Below are positions 1-9,506 of a stretch of 17,063 nucleotides of DNA, in pieces. Numbering within the stretch: the first letter of the stretch is position 1; each line of letters begins with the position of its first letter. This DNA is from Prasinococcaceae sp. CCMP 1430 (taxonomy: Eukaryota > Plantae > Prasinodermophyta), in NCBI GenBank assembly GCA_013416795.1, contig RQSC01000015.1:469780-486842 (forward strand), given 5' to 3'. The notes under the pieces were generated by a model, which made no database searches, had not been told where the DNA came from, and saw only the letters and a program-made list of their open reading frames with translations. The position numbers were made by a program, and so were the translations under genes.

Positions 1-72
1 CGGAGCGCGGCGGTCTCGCGCGCCGCAGCGCGCGCGCGCGAAAAGGCCGGGGCGCGCGCGAGGCAGATCTCG

Positions 73-199
73 GTGCGTGGGTGGGGGCGAGTGGGCGTCG
101 CCGCGCGCCCACGGCGTCCACGGCGCTCCCCGAATCTCCGAGGGTGGGTGGTATAAGCCCGTTTGTTGTCGCCGCTTGTGGGCGGGTGTCCTTCTCCAG
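73..199 (+). other. Possible intron upstream of the phoD ATG
   Basis: GTGCGT donor at 73 and CCTTCTCCAG acceptor at 199, with a length like other local introns. No clear GCTRAC branch site. Confidence 0.35.
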
Positions 200-244
200 G
201 GCGATCGGGGTCAGGTAGCCGAGGTCCAGACGGTACGAAGAAGG

Positions 245-2386
245 ATGACAGAGGGAGAGGACGACGCTGGGGGCGCGCCCAGCGCAGCTCCAGAGCAGGC
301 GCCTGCTGCACCAGAGCAGCAGAACACACCTGCGCCGGCGGATGACCCCACGGACGCGCCCGCTCCTCCACCAGAGTCTGCCCCGGTGTCCGCCCCGGCG
401 ACGATTGAGCCGCAGCCCGCCGCGCCAGTCACGGGATCGAACGCCGCTCCTCAGGAGCCAGCACCAGCGCCTGAGCAGTCTGACGCGCCTGCAGAGGCTG
501 CGGGCGGGGCCACGCCCCCGACCGAGAAGTCGGAGGCGCCTCATCCACAGCAAGAGCAGCAGCAGGCGCCGGCTCCAGCGCCAGATGCACGTGGCCAGCC
601 AAACGCGGTAGCAACTCCCGCTGCGCCCGCCAGTGACGCCGGTGGTCCCGACGCCGTCAACGCCTCCCGCACGGGCGGCTCTTACGTAGGCGCGCCGCTG
701 CCGGCGCCCGACGCGGAGGGTATGCCTGAGGTGGTGGGCTCGCGCGGCGCCGTGCGCGCCCCCGGGGCGCCCGCCGCGCGCTTCGCCTTCGGCTCGTGCT
801 CCAAGCACGACCACGAGCAGCCCATGTGGGGTGCCGTCGCGGCGAGCCAACCGGACGTCTGGATCTGGCTCGGGGACAACGTGTACGTGGACGAGAAGGT
901 GCGCGCCGCGCCGCGCCGCGCCGCGCGGAGTGCGATGGAGGCGTCCGCCACCGCCGCGTCCGCGCGTGGGCCTCGTGCGGCTGACGCGCGCGCGGCTGTC
1001 CCGGCGCTCCGCCGCGCTCCCTTGCGCCTGGCTGTATGCGCTGCCGCTGCCGGCGGCAGGCGTTGCCGGGCACGCAGAGCTTTCGCTGGAAGGGCGAGCG
1101 AGCCATGCGCGAGGCGTACAACGCGCAGCTCGCCGAGCCGGGCTACGCGCGCGTGTTGCGCCGAGCCGAGGTCATCGGCACGTACGACGACCACGACTAC
1201 GGCCTCAACAACGCCGGCAAGGAGTGGGAGCACAAGCGCCTCGCCGCACGCCTCACGCTCGATTTTCTGGGCGAGCCGCGCGGGAGTGACAGGCGCGCGC
1301 GCGGTGCGCGCTCGGGAATCTACGAGTCGTACGTGTACGGCGAGCCAGGGCGCCGTACGCGCGTCGTGCTCCTCGACACGCGCTTCGAGCGGGACCCCCT
1401 CCCGCCGCTGAGCGACGTGCTGGGCGCCAACGGCCGCATCAGGACGCACGCGGACATGCTGGGTGAAGAGCAGTGGCGCTGGCTGGAGCGCACGCTCGCC
1501 GAGGGGCCGCGCGCGGAACTCACCATCCTCGCGAGCTCCGTGCCCATCCTGCCCGCGCTCTCCACCTTCGCGCTTGGGTGGGCCGAAATCGAGGGCTTCC
1601 ATCGCTTCCCCGCCTCGCGCCAGCGCCTGCTGCGCCTACTGTCGTCGACGAACACGACCGGCGTGGTCATGCTGGGTGGGGACTACCACCTTGCGCTCAT
1701 CGACGAGTGGGACGCGCGCTGCACGCCGCTGGGGTACCCGCTCATCGACTTGGTGAGCTCCGGGCTCACGCACGCGGCGGACGACACAGTGCCGTTCTGG
1801 GGCGCAGCCCCGTCGTACGACCTGGCAGCGCCCAACGGCGTCGTCCATTTCGGGTTGGCGGGCGTGCCCTTCGAGAGGGACGTGTTCCTCGAGAAAAATT
1901 GGGGCATGGTCGAGGTGGACTGGGACGCCCCCGGCGGCGCGCGCGTGCACCTCTCCGTGCGCGACGTGCGCGGCGCAGCCGTCCTGCAGCGCTCCGTGCG
2001 CCTGGCGGAGCTCGCGCCGCCGGCGGGCTTCGACGCGAGGGCCTCGTGGGACTTGATGGGCGGAAGGTGGGAAGCGCTGCGCGCGCGCGCGCACGCGTGC
2101 GCGTGCGATCGCGCGTCCCAACGTGGCGTGCTGACGCGCGCTGAGCTCCTCAACCTCGCATGGCCGCCGCAGGTACGACTCGACGACCGGGCGCTGCGTG
2201 CTCGAAGAGGACACCTCGGGCTGGCGCACGGTGGGACCAGCCGTGTACGTCGCCGTCGCCGTGCTGGCGGCGGTCGTGACGGCGAATCCCCACAAGTGCG
2301 CTCTGGCGCTCCTGCTCGCTGTCGGCGCGCGCGCGACCCTGCCTCGGAGGCTCGGACCGACTGTGCGTCGACGCAAGCGCGACTGA
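245..2386 (+). CDS. phoD: PhoD-family alkaline phosphatase, join(245..898,1060..2066,2173..2386), 624 aa, with a low-complexity N-terminus and a hydrophobic C-terminus
   Basis: PhoD motifs FAFGSC, WLGDNVY, TYDDHDYGLNN, LLDTR, MLGEEQWRWLE, LGGDYH and SSGLTH. Intron 899-1059 (AAG|GTGCGC, branch GCTGAC at 980, CAG) and intron 2067-2172 (GTGGGA, GCTGAC at 2130, CAG) join the three frames without stops. An alternative in-frame acceptor exists at 1077. Confidence 0.9.
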
Positions 2387-2693
2387 CTCGGCACACGAGC
2401 ACGTGCTCACTGCCAAAGCGTAACATAGATCATTCTTTCCATATTCGGCCGCTAGCGACGCCGCGCGGCGGCTGTGCGGGCGTGTGAAGAATGAAGGCCT
2501 TTTGACAAAAAGCGAGGGGCGAAGTGGGCGCCCGCAGTGCGCGAGCGCCGCCGCTCCGCCGCCGTTGACCGCCGCGAGGCTAGCGCAGAGAATCGCACTG
2601 GCCGCAGAACCAGCCGCACCGGATCTGCACCCCGGCGTGCCTGTGTGTGTGTGGGCGCGCGCGCGCGCGCGCATTTATGAGCGGCGGGCGCGC

Positions 2694-3656
2694 TCAGATG
2701 CCGCTCTCGGCCACGAAGGCCTTGCCCTTGGCGATCGACGACTCCAGCTCGGCCTTCATGGCCTCGATGCCGGCCTTCTCGTAGGCGGAGAGCTCGCCCA
2801 GGCCCATGACCTCCTCCACGCCGGTCGTGCCGAGGCGCACCTTGGTCGCGAAGAACTCGAGGCCCGGCACGACGTTCGACTCGACGTACGAGCACTCGAC
2901 GACGTCCTTCTCACCGTTGAGGCCCTTCAGGCACGCGTTGGCGAAGTGGGCGCCGGCGTACGCCATCGAGAGCGTCGCCGAGCCCTTGCCGGCCTTGGCC
3001 GCCACCACCTCGGTGCCGCCGTCCTGCGTGCGCTTGGTGAGCGCGTCGATGGTCGCGTCGTCCATACGCGTGGAGGGCGCCATCTGCGACCACAGCGGCA
3101 GGATGGTGACGCCGGCGTGGCCGCCCACCACGGGCACGTCCACGGCGGACACGTCGAGGCCGTTCTTCTCCGCCACGAAGGTCTTCGCGCGCACCACGTC
3201 GAGGGTGGTCACACCGCAGAGCTTCTTCGGGTCGTAGGTGCCCCTCTTCTTGAACACCTCGGCCGCGATGGGGATGGTCGAGTTCACCGGGTTGGAGATC
3301 ATGTTGACCATGGCGTCGGGGCAGTGCGTGGCAATCGCGTTACACAGCGACGCGACGATGCCGGCGTTGATCTTGAACAGGTCGTCGCGGGTCATGCCGG
3401 GCTTGCGAGGCACGCCGGCGGGGATCACGACGACATCGCAGCCCGTGAGCGCCTCGCCGAGCTCGTCATCGCCGGCGAAGCCCTTCACCAACGCGGGCGT
3501 GTTCACGTGCGAGCAGTCGGCGGCCACACCCGGCGTGCCGGCGATGTCGTAGAGCGACAGCTCCGTCACGGCGGGCGACATCTTCATCAGCAGGCCGAGC
3601 GGCTGGCCGATGCCGCCGGCGGCGCCGAGCACAGCAACCTTGCGAGCGGCGGCCAT
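2694..3656 (-). CDS. MDH: NAD-dependent malate dehydrogenase, mitochondrial type, 320 aa from the first ATG, no introns in the CDS
   Basis: [62 protein letters not shown] and [25 protein letters not shown] match plant/algal mitochondrial MDH. Confidence 0.97.
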   Translation of the reverse strand: MAAARKVAVLGAAGGIGQPLGLLMKMSPAVTELSLYDIAGTPGVAADCSHVNTPALVKGFAGDDELGEALTGCDVVVIPAGVPRKPGMTRDDLFKINAGIVASLCNAIATHCPDAMVNMISNPVNSTIPIAAEVFKKRGTYDPKKLCGVTTLDVVRAKTFVAEKNGLDVSAVDVPVVGGHAGVTILPLWSQMAPSTRMDDATIDALTKRTQDGGTEVVAAKAGKGSATLSMAYAGAHFANACLKGLNGEKDVVECSYVESNVVPGLEFFATKVRLGTTGVEEVMGLGELSAYEKAGIEAMKAELESSIAKGKAFVAESGI

Positions 3657-3661
3657 CGTGG

Positions 3662-3666
3662 CTGCG

Positions 3667-3743
<77 letters not shown>

Positions 3744-3807
3744 CGTGTGTGTGTATGTGTGTGTGTGTGCATAAGCGCCGANGCCGCGCGCGGCCGCGGG
3801 CACGCAC
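3662..3807 (-). other. Intron just upstream of the MDH ATG (146 nt)
   Basis: On the minus strand: GAG|GTGCGT at 3807 (the donor type used in local introns), branch-like GCTTAT at 3776-3771, and acceptor CGCAG ending at 3662, 5 nt before the ATG. Confidence 0.7.
3668..3769. repeat. Imperfect (TG)n/(CA)n microsatellite
   Basis: About 100 nt of TG repeats with TGGG and TA interruptions. It produces the spurious His-Thr and Val-Cys repeat ORFs. Confidence 0.98.
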
Positions 3808-3996
3808 CTCTCGAGGGGCGCTGTGTGGCGCGCGCGCGCCACGCGCGCGCAGGCGGCGAGCGATCGCCCCAGATTTTTTCCTGCTCCGCGCCGCACCGCT
3901 GCAGCACCCTTTTTTTTTGGCTGAAAAGGAAAAAAAAACGCGCCCTCGCAACGCGTTTCGATGGACGAGCGCTCGGATGAAAAAAACCAAAACTAC

Positions 3997-4226
3997 CAAA
4001 TCAAAATCAAAATCAAAAATCGCTTCCATTTCGATCCATTACCAAAGCATCGATGCGGCGCCCTCCCCCCTGAAATGATTCCACGGAAATTAGCTGCCCG
4101 AAACCTCGCGTGTCCGCAGATCCAATCTGGGACCGATTCGGAATGCCTTTTGACCATCCACAGCTCCATAATTCACAAAACCCAAACCAATCAAAATAAA
4201 AGAAAAAGAAAAAGAAAAAGAAAAAA
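3997..4226. repeat. A-rich short repeats: (CAAAAT)-like x4 at 3997-4021 and (GAAAAA)x4 at about 4198-4226
   Basis: Read directly from the sequence, in the AT-rich region upstream of MDH. Confidence 0.85.
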
Positions 4227-4957
4227 TCGGCGCCGGCCGCAGCGGCGGCTAGAGCATATCCAGCCGCGGCCCCGCGCCGCGCCGGAATACATAAGGGTGT
4301 TCAAGTATCAGGGTTTGTGACACAGGTCATAGCGCGTGTGATGTCCGCGATGGGCGTCGCGCGCCGGTTTGGGGCGCGGGGCGCCAGCCGGGACCGCATT
4401 CGCCGGGGGGCGCGGCGCGTCGCATCAAAACGCACTGCGTTTGAGGCTCCATCAAAGCGCGTGTGAAAAAGAAAAAGTGATTTCACTCGGAATTGTTTGG
4501 GATAAATTCGGGCGAAAATGCCGCGCCGCGCATGCGAATCGATATGGGATCCAGCCACCGAAAAAACCGCGCGCTTTCCTTTTTTTGTGCTTCACGCGTA
4601 GCGAAACGCATCTGATTAGGAACCCTCAATTAAAACCCAAAATCAGACCTGAACTACGCACACACGTCGCATCGCGAGACGCCACCACCGGCACCAGCGT
4701 GCCGAGCTCGGTGGTGCCCTCCACCGCAGCGCCTGGCTGGCCGGAGGAGGGCGCGCTTCAATCGAGGGTGCGCGTACGGGCCACCGGCAGGCCATGCTGG
4801 CTCGCTTGCCGTCGGCCTCCGCCGGCCAGCACGGTGCTGCTGGGCGAGCGCTCGCGGCCGCGTGTGTGTTTGTGGGTGTGGGTGTCGGTGGCTCGACAGC
4901 GCGCGCAGCGCGCGCGCGCGCGCGCCCTCGGGCGCTCCGGCGGGGCGGTCGCGCGCG

Positions 4958-5212
4958 AACGCCCAAACCCTAACACTCACCACATGCAAATTATCATACA
5001 CAATAGACCCTTATTTGTATAAACCTCAAATAGCGCACGCCTCGGGTCGGGCCCCGGAGGCGCGCTTTCCGTTTCGACGCCGTCGCGCGAAACGCAACGC
5101 CCAAACCCTAACATCATATACATGTAAAATACAGTATATTGTAAACCCTTATTGAGATAAACCTGAATTGACGCGCCGTGCGGGCGCCCCCGCGCGCTTT
5201 TCGGCGCGGGGC
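4958..5212 (+). repeat. Diverged tandem duplication with a 138-bp period, carrying telo-box motifs
   Basis: Identical 18-mer AACGCCCAAACCCTAACA at 4958 and 5096. It is followed by colinear ACATG(C/T)AAA, ACCCTTATT, ATAAACCT(C/G)AA and CGCGCTTT in both units. Confidence 0.85.
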
Positions 5213-5596
5213 CGAACCCCAAACTCGACGCGCCACATCCGTGTCTTGACGCATGCAAACTGACCTGAATAACAAACCCTGTAAAGTGCAAACCGTAATG
5301 ATGAGTCAGTCGGTTGACGTGACACGTGCACGTGGAATCCAAATGATGGATTCCAGATGTTCAATGCGGTATCCACATGTCAAATATAGATGTTTTGTGA
5401 CTATTATTTGGATTCCGTATCGTCGAGCGGCGAGACGGGGTCGCCTCGCGGCGCGCGCGCGGCGCCGGCACCAACACCCTCGGCGAGGCCCTCGGCGGCA
5501 CCCGCGCTGGCACAGCTGTGNNNNNNNNNNNNNNNNNNNNNNNNNNNNNNNNNNNNNNNNNNNNNNNNNNNNNNNNNNNNNNNNNNNNNNNNNNNN

Positions 5597-7043
5597 GCGC
5601 CGCGCCGCGCCGGCGTGCGCGGCGTCCTCGGGGGCGGCCGAGGCCGCGGGCGGGAGCTCGTCGGGATCGAGCGCGCCCGAGTCGACGGGGTACACGCGGG
5701 AGTTCGTGCGCGCGCGCCTGGTGCAGTTCGCGTGCATCCTCGTGGGCTACAGCTGCTACTACCTGACGCGAAACTCGCTGACGTTCACCGCGCCGGTGAT
5801 GGTGGCCACGCCGGGGCTCGGCCTGGACCTGACGAGCATCGGCGTCGTGACGTCGATATTCCCGGTGGCGTACGGCATGTCCAAGTTCTTCTCGGGCGTG
5901 CTGTCCACCAAGGTGTCCGCGCGCGTGATGCTCGGGGGCGGCCTGCTCGTCACGGCGCTCGTGAACCTCGCCTTCGGGGCGTCGAGCAGCCTGCTGATGT
6001 TCTCGTGCCTGTGGGCGATGAACGGCATCATGCAGGGCTTCGGCGCGCCCAGCTGCGCGAAGATCCTGACGTGGTGGTTCGCCACCAAGGAGCGTGGCAC
6101 GTACTGGGGCATGTGGAACATCGCGCACAACGTGGGCGGCTTCACTGCGCCCATCCTCGCGGGCACCCTCGCGCGCAACTACGGCTGGCGATGGGGGCTG
6201 TGGGGGCCGGGGATCATCGGGCTGGTGGTCTCGCTCTTCCTCATCTTCTTCGTCAGGGAGACGCCAAAGGACGCGGGCTTCAAGCCCGTCGAGCAGGCCG
6301 AGGAAAAGAGCACGAGCAAGGCCGCCGACGCCAAGGGCGGTGAGGGCGACGGCGAGGGCGAGAAGGAGCTCTCCATGCTGGAAAACCTCACCCAGAACGT
6401 GCTGAGCAACCCGCGCATTTGGGGGCTGGCGCTGTGCTACTTCTGCGTGTACGTGGTGCGCCAGGGCATCACGTCGTGGTCGGTGTTCTACCTTTTGGAT
6501 GCCAAGGGCGTGGCGGACGCGGCTGTGGCGGCGGTGCGCGTGGCGGGCCTCGAGCTGGGCGGCCTGTGCGGCTCGCTGGTCGCGGGCAAGCTCTCCGACT
6601 GGTGCATCAAGACGTGGCCCGACGCCGGCGCCACCGGCATGCGCATCCGCGTGGTGATGCTGTACACCGTCGGCGTGGCCGCGGCGCTGTTTTCGTTCTG
6701 GGCGGTGCCGGCGAGCATCGGGTGGGCGCAGCCGGCCATCGTGTTCATGATTGGCTTTTTCCTGTACGGCCCGCAGATGCTCATCGGGCTGTGCGGCGCG
6801 GAGATCGTGGGCCCAAAGTCGGTGGGTGCCTCCGAGGGCTTCCTCGGCTGGATCGCCTACCTTGGCGCGGCCAACGCGGGCGTGCCGCTCGCGCTGGTGG
6901 TCAAGAGCTACGGCTGGGACGCCTTCTTCGCGGTGCTGGCCGGCGCGTGCGCGCTGTCCATGGTGCTGCTCACGCCCCTCATCAACGCGCGCTCGTACGT
7001 GCAGAGGGTCGCGGACGCCAAGGCCCTGCCGTCGGCAGCATGA
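5597..7043 (+). CDS. uhpC: UhpC/GlpT-family MFS sugar-phosphate:phosphate antiporter, 5' end obscured by the N gap, probably plastid-targeted
   Basis: GYSCYYLTRNSL, AYGMSKFFSG, NGIMQGFG, ERGTYWGMWNIAHNVGG, ELGGLCGSL and GFFLYGPQMLIGL. The protein has many hydrophobic segments and an Ala/Ser-rich N-terminal extension. TGA at 7041-7043. Confidence 0.9.
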
Positions 7044-7150
7044 GTAAACACGATGGCCCTTTCATTCTCGCCTAGGCGGGCGTCTGGCTCGGCACGGCAC
7101 GAACGCGGCCGCGCGCGCGCGCCGCGGCGGGCGCTGCGCAGCGGCGCCCC

Positions 7151-8322
7151 CTAGATCTTGAGACCCGCATGCACCGCGACGATGCCACCCATGAGCGGCT
7201 CGGCGGTCACCCTCCGAAAGCCGGCATCTTCGACCATCGCAGCGAACTTCTCCCTGTCGGGGAACTTGCGGATGCTCTCCACCAGGTAGCGATACGAAGG
7301 GGCGTCGTTCGCCACCAGCGCACCGATGGCTGGGATGGCGTTGAAGGAGTACGTGTCGTACGCCTGCGCCAGCAGCGGGTTGTCCACGTGGCTGAACTCG
7401 AGGCACACGAAACGGCCGCCCGGGCGGAGGACGCTGCGGGGCGCGCATTCCAGAGCGCGTGAGCGCGGCCGCGCAGCACCAGTCAGCAGCGGCAGGTGCG
7501 GCGACTGGCGGCGCCCTTGAGCCCGAGCGCCGGCGCTCGCTCCTCCGAGCGGCCCGGCGCGACCCGCGCGCGCGCTCCCTCACCGGTACGCTTCGCGCAG
7601 CGCCTTCTGTCGATCGGTCACGTTGCGGATCCCGAAGGCAATCGTGTAGCTGTCGTACGAGTCGTTTTCGAAGGGAAGCTCCTCGGCGTTGCCCGCTATC
7701 CACTCGAGCCCGTCCGTCTCGCCCTCTCGCTTGGCGCGCTCCTGCCCGGCTGCGAGCATCGCCTCGTTGATGTCGCACACCGTGACGAAGGGCGCGGGCC
7801 CTGCGAGCGGGCACGCACAGCGACGCGACACGCGGCGGCGACAGCGCGACGCGCGGCGTCGTCAGCGGCGTGCGCGATGGGCGCGTCCGCCCACGCGCTC
7901 GCGAGCGGCATACCTGTGGCGCTGCCCTCCGCCGCGCGCGCCGCCCTCGCCGCAGCGAGCACGCGCCTGGCGACGTCCCCCGTGCCGCCCGCCACGTCCA
8001 GATGGCGCGTCGAGCCGAAGGGGCTGAGCACGTTGTGCACGACGTAGTCCTTCCACAGGCGGTGCGCCCCTGCGCTCATGAGGTCGTTCATCACGTCGTA
8101 GCTCGAAGCCACCGAGTCGAAGACGCCCTTGACCATGTCCTGCTTGTCGCCGCGGGGCACCGACGCGAAGCCGAAGTCGATCGTCTCGCCCGCGCCCGGC
8201 CCGGCCGCGCCGGACCTCCCCGCGCCGCCCGCCGATGCCCGTTGGCGCTGCTGCTCGCCGCCTGCGCCCGGCGCAGCCTTGGGGAAGGAGGCGGGCTTGG
8301 TGGTGGTGATGGAGGCGCACCG
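7151..8322 (-). CDS. COQ5: COQ5/UbiE C-methyltransferase, complement(join(7151..7433,7584..7800,7914..>8322)), start codon unresolved
   Basis: [81 protein letters not shown] and [13 protein letters not shown]. Introns 7801-7913 and 7434-7583 each have a GCTGAC branch site and restore the frame. Confidence 0.95.
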
Positions 8323-8338
8323 CTGTGGCGCCCCTCGA

Positions 8339-8521
8339 TTTTTATTTTCTCTCACCCCTTTTTTTTTGCGCCAAATAAAACATCCGCAGGGTGGTGCATA
8401 TTTCACATGCCAGGCACCAACTGCTGTGAGATTAAATAGCATGTACAGTCCCGTACCATTTTGCGGATAATGAGGTGATTTCGTGGCGCAATACGTTGCT
8501 TTGACCGCTGTGTTTTTTTTT
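8339..8521. promoter_or_regulatory. AT-rich bidirectional promoter between COQ5 and PFDN5
   Basis: An AT-rich island of about 180 nt bounded by T-tracts (8359-8367 and 8513-8521) between two divergent genes. Function is inferred. Confidence 0.55.
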
Positions 8522-8673
8522 CCTGCGCGCCGATCGGCGGCCGCGGGGCGCCGGGCGGCGCCACACGCGCGCAGCGTCCGCGGCTCTGCAGGCGGCGCAC
8601 GCGTTCCGCGCCCCCACATCCCACGTTCGGAGCGCGCGCGCGGGGCGGCGAGCCGCGCGCGGCCGGCGCCGCC

Positions 8674-9390
8674 ATGTCGCAGCAGATGTCGGTGGCGGAC
8701 CTGCCGCCGCAGCAGCTGCAGCGGCTCGCCGAGCAGCTCAACCAGGAGACCAGCGCGCTGCAGGACTCGTACCAGCAGATGGGAGGCGTCAAGGGCAAGT
8801 TCGAGGCGAGCAGCCGTGCGGTCGATCGGCTGACCAAGCAGGAGGACGGCGCCGAGATACTCGTGCCGCTCACCGAGAGCCTGTACGTGCCCGCGCAGCT
8901 CGCGACCTCCGAGAGCCTCATGGTGGACATCGGCACGGGCTACTACGTCGACAAGTCCACCGCCGGCGCGAAAGACTATTGCGCGCGCAAGGCCAAGATG
9001 CTGGACGACAACATGGCAAAGCTCAGGGGCCAGCTCTCGCAAAGGCGGCAGAACCTTGAGGTGGTCAACCGTACGTGCGCGTGGCCCACCGCCGCAGCCC
9101 TCCTCCAATCCCTCTCTCCCCTCTCCTTCCCTCTCGCGCGCTCTGGATGCCTGAGCGCGCGCACTGCTTCTGGAGCGTGGAGGCGGAGCGAGCGGGCGAC
9201 GAGCGCTCGTGCGCGTGTGTGCGTCCTCGTGCTAACGGGCCGCCGTCGCGGCACACGCACGCATGCGCGAACGCGCAAAAACGCGCGCACTCTTTGGCGT
9301 GCGCGCCCGCGCTCCGCAGAGGTCTTCCACCAGAAGATGGCTGCCATGGAGCAGGCGGCAAAAGAGCAGGAGGCCAAGCAGGGCATCTAG
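8674..9390 (+). CDS. PFDN5: Prefoldin subunit 5 (alpha type), join(8674..9070,9320..9390), 155 aa
   Basis: [26 protein letters not shown] and AKDYCARK, with coiled-coil arms. Intron 9071-9319 has GTACGT, GCTAAC at 9231 and a CAG acceptor. GCCGCCATG start context. Confidence 0.95.
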   Translation: MSQQMSVADLPPQQLQRLAEQLNQETSALQDSYQQMGGVKGKFEASSRAVDRLTKQEDGAEILVPLTESLYVPAQLATSESLMVDIGTGYYVDKSTAGAKDYCARKAKMLDDNMAKLRGQLSQRRQNLEVVNRTCAWPTAAALLQSLSPLSFPLARSGCLSARTASGAWRRSERATSARARVCVLVLTGRRRGTRTHARTRKNARTLWRARPRSAEVFHQKMAAMEQAAKEQEAKQGI

Positions 9391-9506
9391 CTAGCTAGGG
9401 CCTCGCGCGCGGCGTGCGGGTGCTGGAGCGCGGCATGCGCGCGCGCGACGAGCACATAACAATTCACAAGTCGCAACTGCGCGTCGCGCTGGGAGAAAAG
9501 CCGCGC

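Noticed and set aside
77-244. ORF-track GTG start for the phoD ORF
   Set aside because: It lies in a probable intron or UTR. The ATG at 245 marks the start of the consistent low-complexity coding sequence.
4735-4830. GGCTGGCCGGAGG resembles the 5' end of vertebrate Y RNA
   Set aside because: There is no bulged C in the lower stem and no oligo-U tail. It is kept only as an unidentified fold-back.
4590-5300. ACCTGA motifs suggesting a TPP riboswitch
   Set aside because: There is no upstream CTGAGA motif or P2/P4 pairing, and no thiamine gene nearby.
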